A DNA stretch of 64,000 bases from a virus. Under the pieces are notes generated by a model. That model did no database searches. It was given only the letters and a program-made list of their open reading frames with translations, and was not told the origin of the DNA. The stretch is taken from the IMG/VR virus record IMGVR_UViG_3300031251_000002, positions 32,001 to 96,000 of that record; one strand, written 5' to 3'. Positions within the stretch are counted from its first letter, which is position 1; each line of letters opens with the position of its first letter. Made by a program: the position numbers and the translations under genes. Shown one piece after another: positions 1-10,712 of this stretch.

Positions 1-1165
1 GAACGCCGACAACGGTACTTACAAGATGATTACCGGTGTTGGCAAGAATGATGGGGTAGCACCAGCAGCAAACATTTTCATTACTGGGGATTGTTGGCAG
101 AGCTTTACCAGTTTGGCAGCGACTCCCGGTGTAGCGAAGTGGGTTGTCTGGATTGGGACTCCGGAGATGTGCGCTCCGTCCGGTGTGCCGGTCCCCGCTG
201 AGTACATTCAAGTGGCGCGACTTGACGGTGGACAGGGGCTTCGTTGGGTCGGTCAGATCCACGCGCCTCTTGTTAATCGGCTCGCACATTTCATCTACAC
301 GGCTGGCGACACAGTATGGGCACCGGAAGGGTTATACCCTCCGACGACATGGACGAAGTGTGATCTCAACGTTCTTGGTAGCTGCGTTTCGGGTCAGCCG
401 AGTCCTGCCGCCCAAGCTCCGCCCCAGCCGAACATTGATGGGTACACGTATTCGCTTGTAGGCGGCGGGCCGCAGTTCCATTGGACGATGGTGCGAAGTG
501 ATGTTCAGTTGCCAACCGCAACGCCTAACCTGACGCCGATTATCTCTGTTACCCCTTCTCGTACACCGACCAAGACGAAGACTGGGACGCCGGGGCCGTG
601 TGCGCCTCCTGCTCCGTGTCCAGCGACTCAGACGCCTATCGGGACTAGGACTGCGACTCCGGTTCCCTCGCCTACGCCAGCAGCTTCTGGATGTGGCGGC
701 GTGGACAAGTACACGCTCTGTCTTGGCGAGCGCTTCAAGGTCACGGCCCAGTGGGTCTCGACTTCGGGATCGGGCGCGGGGACGGCTGTTACCCTGACCG
801 ACGACACTGGAACCTTCTGGTTCTTCAGCGCTGGGAACTACGAGTTGATGGTCAAGGTGCTGGCTGGCTGCTCGACCAACTCCCACTACTGGGTCTTTGC
901 GGCGGGCCTGACGAACGTCAATGTCACCCTGACCGTGACGGATACTCAGACCGGGGCCATTAAAACGTACGTTAATCCGCAGGGGACGGCCTACCAGCCC
1001 ATTCAGGACACGACGGCATTCCAGTGCCCTGCCGCCCCCGCTCGGGCTTTAAAAGCCAGCGTAGAGAAGAAACCGTTGTCAAAAATCGGGAAGGGCGTTA
1101 CCATCACGCTCATGCTTCTGGCAGCGGCGGCTATCGGGATGATGACGAGAGAGTTTCGTGGCTGA
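1..1165 (+). CDS. Surface/secreted protein (5' end probably outside window): Pro/Thr linker, Acidobacteria-type C-terminal beta domain, C-terminal membrane anchor
   Basis: Frame open from the window edge; LCLGERFKV...TDDTGTFWFF...ELMVKVL..C..N.HYWVFAAGLTNV.VTLTVTDT.TG..KTY.NP.G...DTTAF domain; hydrophobic tail VTITLMLLAAAAIGMM. Confidence 0.75.
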   Translation, partial: NADNGTYKMITGVGKNDGVAPAANIFITGDCWQSFTSLAATPGVAKWVVWIGTPEMCAPSGVPVPAEYIQVARLDGGQGLRWVGQIHAPLVNRLAHFIYTAGDTVWAPEGLYPPTTWTKCDLNVLGSCVSGQPSPAAQAPPQPNIDGYTYSLVGGGPQFHWTMVRSDVQLPTATPNLTPIISVTPSRTPTKTKTGTPGPCAPPAPCPATQTPIGTRTATPVPSPTPAASGCGGVDKYTLCLGERFKVTAQWVSTSGSGAGTAVTLTDDTGTFWFFSAGNYELMVKVLAGCSTNSHYWVFAAGLTNVNVTLTVTDTQTGAIKTYVNPQGTAYQPIQDTTAFQCPAAPARALKASVEKKPLSKIGKGVTITLMLLAAAAIGMMTREFRG

Positions 1166-1571
1166 CATGGCTAAGTTGGCAATCGAGGAACGTGTTACCC
1201 GAATCGAAGAGGCGCTGAGAGCGTTGGAGTTGGAAACGAAGCCCCACTGGCCGGGGTGTGGCTGCTCCCTCCGCGCTTTCGCGGGTAAGCCGCCAGAGCC
1301 TCCCCTCCCGCCCCTCTGCCCTGCGTGTGGACGTTGGACTTGGCGGGTAGGTGGTTACTGCACCCGTCATTGTGAGAGCAAAGGTCCAGCGAAGACTTGC
1401 TCGCATGGCATATACGAGTGGGCTTGCACTCAGTCGCATCAGCCTCCGTACGCCGAATGCACCACCTGTAAGTCAGTAACCTGCTCCGGAAGTGGTTGCT
1501 GGCATGGCTTGTCTACGCACCTTCCCGGTGAAGGTTGCACGGTGAAGGGCTGTGGTTGTGAGCGCCCATGA
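1158..1571 (+). CDS. Cys/His-rich hypothetical protein
   Basis: Multiple CxxC; ends in C..H...H..C....C.C module. Confidence 0.6.
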   Translation: MADMAKLAIEERVTRIEEALRALELETKPHWPGCGCSLRAFAGKPPEPPLPPLCPACGRWTWRVGGYCTRHCESKGPAKTCSHGIYEWACTQSHQPPYAECTTCKSVTCSGSGCWHGLSTHLPGEGCTVKGCGCERP

Positions 1572-2014
1572 TTACTCATCTCGATTCCACCTGTCCGCAT
1601 CTGGTTGAGCTTAATCGGCTGAAGGCTGAGTCTGATGAAGTGCTGGAAGACTTTTACAATGAGGTCGAGAGCGCGTTGAAGTGCCAGCCCAAACCGAATG
1701 GCGAGTACGCGCATCTCGTTTACTGCAACGGCGACCCGCGAAAGCCGCCCGGAACCCCCGGTGTTTCTTGCTCCTGTCCTGTAGGCCGCGTTTGGCGTGA
1801 AGCTGCGGCCAAGATCGTTGAAGCCGCCCCCCGGTGTCGCATGTATGTCTGTGGGAGGAACGAAATTGCCGAAGCAGTTAGGCAGGGGAAGTGGACAGAC
1901 GAGACTCGCTGGACCGAAGAGGCCCCCGAAAAAGAGCCTCCCCGCACCGAAGCCCTCAAAGAACACTACGGCGAAGAGTGCGCGTACACCTGCCCCAAGC
2001 ACTCCTACCGATAA
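1568..2014 (+). CDS. Hypothetical protein
   Basis: 148-aa ORF coupled to upstream stop. Confidence 0.55.
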   Translation: MITHLDSTCPHLVELNRLKAESDEVLEDFYNEVESALKCQPKPNGEYAHLVYCNGDPRKPPGTPGVSCSCPVGRVWREAAAKIVEAAPRCRMYVCGRNEIAEAVRQGKWTDETRWTEEAPEKEPPRTEALKEHYGEECAYTCPKHSYR

Positions 2015-2222
2015 GGGTCCATGCACTGACGTTCTAAGGGCCGAAGCCATGAAGCTTCGGGACATGGGGCGTGTCAACGTCACCATCTGCTGGAACTGCA
2101 AGCCCGTCAACGCTTCCCTGAAGGAAGCCACGTTCGTCTGCATCTACTGCTGGCAATGCAAGCACTGGTACTTCAAGGGGCGGGATCTCACGGCACCCAA
2201 AGCTGTGGTAACATAGGCGATT

Positions 2223-2645
2223 ATGTTTGAGACACTGAAGAGTCGCGCCTTCTGGAATGGCTGGTGGACGGGAACCTTCTGGGGTCTGCTGGTCGGCAAT
2301 CTTGGTTTCACGATCTGGTATGCCTTCCACTGGCGCTGGATTGGGCTGGTCAACATCGTAGCTTTGGTGCTTTTGGTAACGGTCTGTCGAGACCGGTTCA
2401 AGCACAAGGACTGTGGTTGCTGGTTCGGTCAGTGCCACAACTGCCATCGCTTCTTCTGCGTCTCCCATAAGATCCTGAGTCCAGTTAACTGGCTGCTCTC
2501 GCTTCCGTGGGAGTACGCTTCTGTACGCGGCCATGTTCGGATGGAACGGGTCACATGGCGAATTCTCGAAAAGTGGATGGCGGTCGAGGGCTGGTACTTG
2601 ACGAAGTTCGATCAGGTCGTTGATGACACTGGTAAGCGTGGCTGA
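2223..2645 (+). CDS. Hypothetical membrane protein
   Basis: Two N-terminal hydrophobic helices, Trp-rich. Confidence 0.55.
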   Translation: MFETLKSRAFWNGWWTGTFWGLLVGNLGFTIWYAFHWRWIGLVNIVALVLLVTVCRDRFKHKDCGCWFGQCHNCHRFFCVSHKILSPVNWLLSLPWEYASVRGHVRMERVTWRILEKWMAVEGWYLTKFDQVVDDTGKRG

Positions 2646-3300
2646 GAATCTAGCGGTCGTGGTGTTCTTGGTGTTCTTCGTCGCCATTACGCGATGGACG
2701 TTCAAGGAGCGAGACGAGGTATGACGAGACAGGAGTTGAAGGAGTGCTTGCTGAGTGGCAGTCCCATTCCAGCATGGGGTGTGATTGTTATACTGATCGA
2801 GTGCGTTGCTCTGTTTGCATGGACGTATAGGTGGTGATTATGAAACCCGATGAGCCGAAGGACGAGAAGCGCTGCGAGACCTGTGCGCGGATGGCTGAAG
2901 CGTTTACGTACCTTCTCCGTGATGTGGTCTATCGTGCCCCCGAGGAGTTGACGGCGGAATACTACGTACGGCAGCTTGCCTTTCTGCGCGAAAAGTTCGT
3001 TGGTCGCGCATGAAGAACTGGCTTTGTCGGCTGGTAGGCCATGCGATGTGCATGAATCAGGGCCACTTCAACCCCCACAACGGCTGGCTTGATTCGCTCC
3101 ACTGCTTGCGTGGCTGTGGGAATTGGGATGCTGAAGACCCGGCTGCTCCTCGTCGCTGGCACAAGTGGATTGGTCGGTGTCGGATAGGCGAATGAACTGG
3201 CAGACCAAGCTGATTGCTTTAGTCATTGTCGGGGTCATCCTCTATGTGATAGAGTGGTGGGTAATCATTAGGGCACTGAAACGCGACGAAAGGGAGGCAC

Positions 3301-3603
3301 ATGAAGAACAGCGAGCGGGCCGAGAAGATCCTTTCGCGCCTCGTTGGTGAGGCGGGCGAGCTTGTTCAGGATCGAGATGGCTGTGACTACGCCTTCGATG
3401 AAGAGTCACGGTATCGAGAAGATTACTACGTGGCGCTTCACATCATCGAGGACGCGCTGGAAGAGGCCCTTGAGGATCCGGACAGCGAATTCCAGACGCT
3501 GAAGGCTGAGAACGATATGCTCCGCGAGGAGTTGGACGATCAGGATGTGTATTGCCAGACCTTCCACGTTAGGTCTGGTGAGGGCGAGGACGCGGTAACC
3601 TAG
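3301..3603 (+). CDS. Acidic hypothetical protein
   Basis: GGAGG RBS upstream; 100-aa ORF in co-oriented run. Confidence 0.55.
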   Translation: MKNSERAEKILSRLVGEAGELVQDRDGCDYAFDEESRYREDYYVALHIIEDALEEALEDPDSEFQTLKAENDMLREELDDQDVYCQTFHVRSGEGEDAVT

Positions 3604-3610
3604 GAGTAAC

Positions 3611-4795
3611 ATGCCGATTAAGCGTACGCTACAGTCGCGGGTGCCAGTCAAGATTTGGACTGAGGATGTGGCAAGCAACGCCATGGATCAGTTGAAGAAC
3701 ACGGCATCTCTGCCCTTCGTCTACCACCACGTAGCGGCCATGCCGGATGTCCACCTTGGCATTGGTGCTACGGTTGGCAGCGTCGTGGCTACGGTGGGTG
3801 CGGTAATGCCCGCCAGCGTTGGTGTGGATATCGGCTGCGGCATGATGTGGATCGAGACCGGATTGGACATCGGTGTTCTCGACGGCAAGCTGCCTGAGCT
3901 TCGCCACAGCATCGAGCGCGGCGTCCCGGTGGGCTTCAACTCCCACAAGGAGCCGAAGATCGCTGCCCAGATTTTCGGGAAGAATTTTGGTCGTCCGATT
4001 GAGGGGGCTGACGACGATGAGCTTATGGGAAAGAGCCTTTGTCAACTGGGTAGCTTGGGCGGCGGGAATCACTTCATCGAGGTGTGCGTCAATCTCGACA
4101 CGAACAAACTCTCAGTCATGCTCCACAGCGGATCACGCAATGTGGGAAAGACTGTGGCCGAACGGTACATCAACAAGGCCAAGCTCCACCACCTCATTAA
4201 ACTGCCCGACCCTGAACTGGCGTACTTTGCCGCCGGGACTGACGAGTTTGCTAACTATGTGAATGACGTTCAGTGGTGTCAGATGTACGCCATGCTGAAC
4301 CGGCAGATCATGATGGACGAGGTGCTGAAGGATCTCGCCCACTTGCTGGGGGTGGATCGGTACAACGCCCACGCGAGTCTGGGTGTTACTCAGAGCGTCA
4401 ACTGCCACCACAACTACATCGCTGAAGAGATTCATTTTGGACAGAAGGTTTTCGTAACTCGTAAGGGAGCGATCAATGCCGAGAAGGGAACGTGGGGAAT
4501 CATTCCGGGAAGTATGGGCACCGGTAGCTTCATCGTTAAGGGCCTTGGGAATCCGGAAAGCTTTAACTCTGCTCCCCACGGTGCTGGTCGTCGTATGTCT
4601 CGCGGTGAGGCAAAGCGGACGTTCACCGTCGCAGACCTTGAAGCTCAGACGAGTGGCGTAGAGTGTCGTAAGGATGCTGATGTTCTCGATGAGGCCCCGG
4701 CAGCATACAAGGATATCGGTGAGGTAATCACTAACTCGTCTGACTTGGTGACCGTCGAGGCACGGATCAAGCAGGTTCTTTGCGTCAAGGGGTAG
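3611..4795 (+). CDS. rtcB: RtcB family RNA ligase
   Basis: MPDVHLGIGATVG, VGVDIGCG, LGSLGGGNHFIE, LHSGSR, CHHNY, RKGA, PGSMG, SAPHGAGR, DEAPAAYKDI, C-terminal VKG. Confidence 0.97.
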   Translation: MPIKRTLQSRVPVKIWTEDVASNAMDQLKNTASLPFVYHHVAAMPDVHLGIGATVGSVVATVGAVMPASVGVDIGCGMMWIETGLDIGVLDGKLPELRHSIERGVPVGFNSHKEPKIAAQIFGKNFGRPIEGADDDELMGKSLCQLGSLGGGNHFIEVCVNLDTNKLSVMLHSGSRNVGKTVAERYINKAKLHHLIKLPDPELAYFAAGTDEFANYVNDVQWCQMYAMLNRQIMMDEVLKDLAHLLGVDRYNAHASLGVTQSVNCHHNYIAEEIHFGQKVFVTRKGAINAEKGTWGIIPGSMGTGSFIVKGLGNPESFNSAPHGAGRRMSRGEAKRTFTVADLEAQTSGVECRKDADVLDEAPAAYKDIGEVITNSSDLVTVEARIKQVLCVKG

Positions 4796-4796
4796 T

Positions 4797-4964
4797 ATGC
4801 TTCTTGACTTCATTTTCACTTGGTTGTTTAAGTCGCTGGCCTTGCTGTTCGTCTTTGGGGGCTTTGTTGGGATCCTGTATTTGATTGTTTTCGTGAACCC
4901 GTGGTGGGCGCTCTTGCTTGCTCCGTGGCTCGGATTAATCTTAGCCCTTCAGGAAGAGTCATGA
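4797..4964 (+). CDS. Small membrane protein (55 aa, not in ORF track)
   Basis: MLLDFIFTWLFKSLALLFVFGGFVGILYLIVFVNPWWALLLAPWLGLILALQEES*; fills the gap after rtcB. Confidence 0.6.
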   Translation: MLLDFIFTWLFKSLALLFVFGGFVGILYLIVFVNPWWALLLAPWLGLILALQEES

Positions 4965-5723
4965 CTGACCCCAACTTCACGGTGCGTGAAGGCGACCCCG
5001 AGCATGTGGCCTTTCATCGCCTCTACGATGCGCGTGGTAACACCGCTGAGTTGAGAGAAGCCCATCCTGAATACTGCTCGCAGTGCTTGTACTCGGCTGC
5101 GGCAGAGTGGTTCTATCTGGGCTGGCACTCGAAAGAGAAGTTCAAGTGTGGTGGCTGCGGACATGCTGCCTCTGCGGGCAAATACTGCTCGCTCCGCCCT
5201 GAGCCGGATGAGAGGGAAGAGCAGCGCTTGCGCGAATACGCTAAGGCTGATCTTTGTCCTCATGGCTACAAGCGCTGCTGTGGAAATAAAGCCGCTGACG
5301 AACTGCACCCCTAGCCTTCTGAAGAAGTGGAATTCCATTCTGAAGAAGCACGGGCTGCGTGTTATCCAGCCCGGTGATAACACTCGACAATTGAATGCGT
5401 CGAAGCGTAGACTTCTGGAAAGCAAGAGGAGGAAGCGTGAAAGTCGGCTCAGTAGTTCTGTTCAAGACAGAGGGCAGTCCAACGGAAGCACGGATCAGGA
5501 GAGTATCTGATAACGGCGCTGTGGTTGAAATCGAGTATCCACCCAATGGTTCTACGCTAAGTGTAAAGTGGGTGACGGCTGCTAGCATTCTGGATACGCT
5601 TGGCGAGAAGCCTGATGTGGTTCCTGAGGCCGCACCTGCTCCAGCACCCCCGCCTATCAATCCGCTTCCGGAAGGCATTGACACCTCGCGGTTCGATACT
5701 GCGTCCGGGCTGCATCAGAATCG

Positions 5724-6062
5724 TTGATGACGCCCCGGCGTACCCAGCTTCGCCGTCGTAGGCGGCTGTTCAACGATTTTGAGATTACCGACCGGCTCGG
5801 TAATCCGGTAGACACGCAATACCACTTCAACACTTCACCCTATCCGGGACATTTGGAACTGATCTCCGAACATCGGTACGAGACGTTTGAGATGATCTTT
5901 ACGGTTGTAGCGAAAGACGGCGATACGGATGCACAGGAAGTCCGGATACCGACCCGTGACGGTAGGCAGTTCCTTGCGGTCGGCATCCCAGTTCCGGCGT
6001 TGCGTGAAGGCCAGTTTTACCAGTTCCGGCTCAGTCTTGAAGCCTACATGAGTTTGAGGTAA
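5724..6062 (+). CDS. Hypothetical protein
   Basis: 112-aa ORF coupled to neighbours. Confidence 0.5.
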   Translation: MMTPRRTQLRRRRRLFNDFEITDRLGNPVDTQYHFNTSPYPGHLELISEHRYETFEMIFTVVAKDGDTDAQEVRIPTRDGRQFLAVGIPVPALREGQFYQFRLSLEAYMSLR

Positions 6063-6064
6063 TC

Positions 6065-6316
6065 ATGCCTTACATCACTCCGTTTGAGCGAGAGAAGTTC
6101 GACAGCCACTTGTGTGACTTTCCTTTCATCGCCTCGCCCGGTCAGTTGAATTATGTAATCAGCCGCTTGATGCTGGAGTACGTAAAGAACATGGGTGAAT
6201 CGTACGCGACCTACAACGCCTTGATTGGGGTTTGTGAGGCGGCGAAGCTGGAGCTTTACAGGAAGCTCGTTGCGCCGTACGAGGACGAGAAAGAGAAGAA
6301 GAATGGAAAGCTCTAA
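6065..6316 (+). CDS. Conserved phage protein (DUF6899-like)
   Basis: MPYI...PGQLNYVI...YNALIGVCEAAKLELYRKLVAPYEDEK..KNG pattern. Confidence 0.7.
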   Translation: MPYITPFEREKFDSHLCDFPFIASPGQLNYVISRLMLEYVKNMGESYATYNALIGVCEAAKLELYRKLVAPYEDEKEKKNGKL

Positions 6317-6590
6317 GCTGGAGGAGCGCTTCGTCTACGCGCAGGTGCAGGTGGACATCGCCACCGCTGTGCTGGCCGAGATTTCACAGCCCGTCCCGGC
6401 TGAAGACACGATTCCCTATCTGGATCGTTACTGGGCCGATATGGCGATTGGCTATCGGACCCTCGCGCATGAAGCCTTGATGAAACTGAAAAGTCTCGCT
6501 GAAAAAGTAAGCGAGTAACCTCCCAAACCCGGTCTCTGGAAGATTCTTCAATAGTCCGTCTTTGATGTAAGGGCGGAAGCTTGCTCAGGA

Positions 6591-9500
6591 GTGCCAATGA
6601 AAAAGCTGCTCGGATTGATCGTGCTGGTTGCGACTATGGGGATAGCGTGTTCGGCTCGCCCTCAGCCCCAGCAAGCGAGCGATAAGCTGCCGCCCCTCCC
6701 CAAGCCACCCATCGCGCTGCCGGTTGGCGACGAGGCGGTTGTTACGCCTCCTGTCATTGCCGCAGCGACCGAAGCCCTTGAGACTCTTCCGCGCACAACT
6801 CCCCTTCCTATTTCTGGGCGCTCCTTTGCCAAGTTCTCGACTGCCTCTGCTCCGATTGGCAATACCTACCTCGCGGCTGTGAACGGATCGGGCAACCTTT
6901 GTACGATTGATGCCCCGTGTAGTCGAGCCTACGTTTTTGGTAGTGGTACTCAGATTCACGGGGATGACGTTGTGTATTTCCGTGGTGGTATCTACACCGG
7001 TCTCAACGTCCAACTGACCGCCTCGGGCACCCTTGGCCATCCAATCATCTTTCGTAACTATCAGGATGGCACCTATTTGGGTGAACGAGTAATCTTCCGT
7101 GGTGGTGCTGCCGTTCAGAACGATGTCATCCTCAACAACACTGGTAGCTACAACTGGGTCTGGGGGATTGAGTTCGACCAGTTGCCGACCAACACCGTTC
7201 CTGCTGGCTCAGGAGAAACGAAGTCAGGTCGCGTGTCTTGGTATCAGGGATCGTGGCCTAGCGATATTGCGCTTTCGGATGCAATCAACTCCCTGCCACA
7301 AAGCGGTGCGTACGCTGCCCGCGATGGCCAGAAGTACATCAACATCTACTGCCACGACGTTCGTCAGTGCATCTCTAGCTGGGTAGAGACGACGAATCAG
7401 GAAATCTCAGGCATGCTGGCGATCAATGTCGGCTGGGACGAAGAGCCGGATCCTCTGTGCGGAACTGGCGGCGTCCACCCGGCATGCTTCACGCCCGCTC
7501 GCGGACATGGCTTTCCGGAGTACGTTCAGAACCAGAAGAACTACAGCGGTAATCCGCCCGGAAGCGTGTCGCCCGCTACGCCTTCTACGAAGTACACGCT
7601 GGGCAGTATCGGCCTTGGCGGCTTCACGGGCTGCTTCAAGCTCTATGGCTCAGGCGATCAGAACGAAGAGCAGAACTGGGTCGCTCGACAGAACACGACG
7701 GCTGACTGTGGAGCGCTGTCCACCTATGGCTTGCAGGATAACCTGCTGTTCGGAGGTGGTGGGGCCAATGACACCTACACCGTTGATCAGAACTACGAGT
7801 ACAACTGCTGTACCTTCAATGCTGGTCCGGGTGGTGCATGGGGACCGAACGACAACGGCATCGGTACTTGCACCAATGTCAACATCACTAACAACTTCGT
7901 AGGTTCGCCCTCGACATTTGGTAGTATTGGTGGAACGTCCTGCCACACCCCGACTACGCTGACAGGTAACTCGTTCATGGGTAACACGGTCAACCTGAAC
8001 CGTTCCCTGTACCCGTCCAATACCTACTACTCCTCGACTCCCGCTCAGCAGTTTGTCTTTGTCCGTGCGGATCCGTATGAACCGGGTCGCTGCACGATCA
8101 CAGTCTTCAACTACACGCTGGCTTCGACCGCGCCTGTCGATCTCTCGCAGTGCGGAATGGGCGATGGAACTTCTTGGCAGATTCGTGATGCCTACCGCTT
8201 CCATGGCGATGACAACAACGACACTGGTAACGTTGTCTATGCGGCAGGGACGTACTCGGCAGCGTCTCCAATCCTGAACCTGTCCATGGCAACGGGCACC
8301 CCGGTTGCTCCTGCGAACTGGTCCACGAAACCGGCTGCTGAGACATGGCATGCGCTGACGACTCGCGGCCCGCGCTTTGGTGTCTTCATCCTGCTGCCCT
8401 CGCCTGTGCTTGGCAATAGCTGGTACGCAGCCCCTGCCAACGGTGGCGCTTGCAGCACGATGAACGGCTCTACGTCCGGTACGGGATTGATCAACTGCCC
8501 GTGGGAGCTTCAGACGGCTCTCAACCAGACCTCGATCCATCCGGGCGATACGCTTTGGCTGCGCGGTGGAACCTATTCAGGGACGTATGTCAGCAACCTG
8601 TTGGGCAATACGAGTCAGCCGATTATGGTCAAGCAGTACCCCGGTGAGACGGTGAAGCTCGACGGCGGCACTACGTATGATTTCGGTCTCAACATCTGTG
8701 GTGGCTACACTTGGTTCTGGGATTTTGAAGTCTTCTCGTCATCGACGGATCGGACTTCGGACAACGAGGGTCCGTGGCCGACTGGCCTGAACCGTAGCAA
8801 TGGCGTGACTGGCTCTTGCCCGCCGAATGACTCTCAGAGTGGCGCTATCAAGGGCATCAAGCTCATTCACATGAAGATCCATGACATGGCTGGTGGAGCA
8901 AGCCCGTTCTCTCTGTTCAGCGATTTTGAGATGTACGGGACGACGATTTACAACACCGGATGGGCTTCACCGACAAACATCGGTCACGCGCATAACGTTT
9001 ACATGCAGAATGTCTTTGGTTACAAGCTGATTCAGGACAACCTGTTCTTCGGCGGGTACGCGGAAGACATGCAGCTTTACGGAACTGGTGCGGCATCGCT
9101 CAATGGCGTAACGATTGACGCGAACATCTATGCGGACTCCAGCACCTACGTTGTTAATCAGGGGCGCGAGTTGACGGTTGGTGGAACGTCCGACCTGAAT
9201 AACCTGACGGTTTCCAACAACCTGTTCTACCGTGGACCGAACGGAGACGCGGGTACGTCAGACTGGTACATGGGCTACAACTCGGCATGTCCCGGCGCTT
9301 CTATCACTGGCAACTTCGTTGGAACGGTTACGCTGTGGGGCAGCAACTGCACTGCACCGGCTACCGTTTCTGGTAACACGTTCATGGGTACTTTCAGCGG
9401 CCACTCGCAGTGGGCTGGCAATACCTTCTTGAACAACGTCTACCCGACGAGCGGCTTCAACATCTTCCCGAAGCCATCGAAGTACGAGGCGAACCGTGGG

Positions 9501-10712
9501 TGGATGGTTGTCTACAACTGGGCGAACGCCTCATCGGTCAACCTTGACCTGTCTCCGATTCTCGCACCGGGTACACCGTACACGGTCAAGAACGCGCTTA
9601 ACCCGCCTCAGGCTCCGATTGCGACAGGCACATACACTGGCGGCACGGTTAACATCTTGACTGGACCGTTCCCGATTGCTCCTGCGATTGGTGGTATCCC
9701 GGTTGCTCCGGGAGCGCCGTTCTCGCTTGGCCCGACGTTCAACGTCTTTGAGATCATCCCGACTGGGGGAAGCAGCGGAACGCCGACCCCGACACCGACT
9801 TCAGCCTTTACTCCAACTCCGACGAGGACGCCGACCCCGGTTCCTCCAACGAATACGCCGTCTCCGACTCCAACGCCCACGGCTACTCGTACACCGACCG
9901 CGACTCCGACAAAGGTTCCTACAGCAACCCCGACACCGGGCGGGCCGTGGCACACGTTCCTGAATTCGCCTGTAGTGTCTGCGCCGATGAACATCTCTGG
10001 CGGCTTCGTGAACGCGCCTACGGCTGAGACGGGTACGGCGGTCTATACGTTCACTACGCCGTACACTTCCACGGTCACCTTCTGGGTCTATGCAAATGAT
10101 GCGCTTGACACCGCAGACAGCTTCTACGCCAAGGTGGACTCTGGTTCTGAGGACATCTGGGATGTGGCTGGTAACGGGCCTTGGGGCAACTTCTTCCGCT
10201 GGGATCAGTCCAACGGACGCAACGGCACTGGCGTTGCTTTGACGCTCAACCCGCGTACGTGGGTAATCTCTGGGGCTGGAACGCACACGCTGATTCTCCG
10301 TGCCCGTGAAGCGGGAACGCAGATCAGTGTCGGCATCTATGTCTCGGCTGACCCGTCCTTCTCGCCGCTTACTCCGACTGCGACACCGACGTTCACTCCG
10401 TCGAACACGCCGACCAAGACGGCCACGCCGACCGCTACTCCGACGAAGACTCCAACTCCGACGAGTACGCCTACCAACACGCCGACTCGGACTAACACCC
10501 CGACGAATACACCGACTCGGACCTACACGCCGACTAACACCCCGACGTTTACTCCGTCGAACACTCCGACTGCGACGAATACCTTTACTCCGTCGAACAC
10601 GCCTACGAACACGCCTACGCCTACTCGTACGGCTACGCCGGGGTCTGTCTGTGTAACCATGACGTTCACTAACACCCCGACGTTTACTCCGACCCCGACA
10701 CCGACTCCATGA
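6591..10712 (+). CDS. Large putative lipoprotein: two tandem right-handed beta-helix (polysaccharide lyase/hydrolase-like) units, CBM-like domain, Pro/Thr linkers
   Basis: Signal MKKLLGLIVLVATMGIAC; duplicated GD.(V/L)..RGG.Y.G...G....PI....Y..GE.V...G unit; DSFYAKVD...GTHTLILRAREAG CBM-like module; long (PT)n tracts. Confidence 0.75.
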   Translation: MPMKKLLGLIVLVATMGIACSARPQPQQASDKLPPLPKPPIALPVGDEAVVTPPVIAAATEALETLPRTTPLPISGRSFAKFSTASAPIGNTYLAAVNGSGNLCTIDAPCSRAYVFGSGTQIHGDDVVYFRGGIYTGLNVQLTASGTLGHPIIFRNYQDGTYLGERVIFRGGAAVQNDVILNNTGSYNWVWGIEFDQLPTNTVPAGSGETKSGRVSWYQGSWPSDIALSDAINSLPQSGAYAARDGQKYINIYCHDVRQCISSWVETTNQEISGMLAINVGWDEEPDPLCGTGGVHPACFTPARGHGFPEYVQNQKNYSGNPPGSVSPATPSTKYTLGSIGLGGFTGCFKLYGSGDQNEEQNWVARQNTTADCGALSTYGLQDNLLFGGGGANDTYTVDQNYEYNCCTFNAGPGGAWGPNDNGIGTCTNVNITNNFVGSPSTFGSIGGTSCHTPTTLTGNSFMGNTVNLNRSLYPSNTYYSSTPAQQFVFVRADPYEPGRCTITVFNYTLASTAPVDLSQCGMGDGTSWQIRDAYRFHGDDNNDTGNVVYAAGTYSAASPILNLSMATGTPVAPANWSTKPAAETWHALTTRGPRFGVFILLPSPVLGNSWYAAPANGGACSTMNGSTSGTGLINCPWELQTALNQTSIHPGDTLWLRGGTYSGTYVSNLLGNTSQPIMVKQYPGETVKLDGGTTYDFGLNICGGYTWFWDFEVFSSSTDRTSDNEGPWPTGLNRSNGVTGSCPPNDSQSGAIKGIKLIHMKIHDMAGGASPFSLFSDFEMYGTTIYNTGWASPTNIGHAHNVYMQNVFGYKLIQDNLFFGGYAEDMQLYGTGAASLNGVTIDANIYADSSTYVVNQGRELTVGGTSDLNNLTVSNNLFYRGPNGDAGTSDWYMGYNSACPGASITGNFVGTVTLWGSNCTAPATVSGNTFMGTFSGHSQWAGNTFLNNVYPTSGFNIFPKPSKYEANRGWMVVYNWANASSVNLDLSPILAPGTPYTVKNALNPPQAPIATGTYTGGTVNILTGPFPIAPAIGGIPVAPGAPFSLGPTFNVFEIIPTGGSSGTPTPTPTSAFTPTPTRTPTPVPPTNTPSPTPTPTATRTPTATPTKVPTATPTPGGPWHTFLNSPVVSAPMNISGGFVNAPTAETGTAVYTFTTPYTSTVTFWVYANDALDTADSFYAKVDSGSEDIWDVAGNGPWGNFFRWDQSNGRNGTGVALTLNPRTWVISGAGTHTLILRAREAGTQISVGIYVSADPSFSPLTPTATPTFTPSNTPTKTATPTATPTKTPTPTSTPTNTPTRTNTPTNTPTRTYTPTNTPTFTPSNTPTATNTFTPSNTPTNTPTPTRTATPGSVCVTMTFTNTPTFTPTPTPTP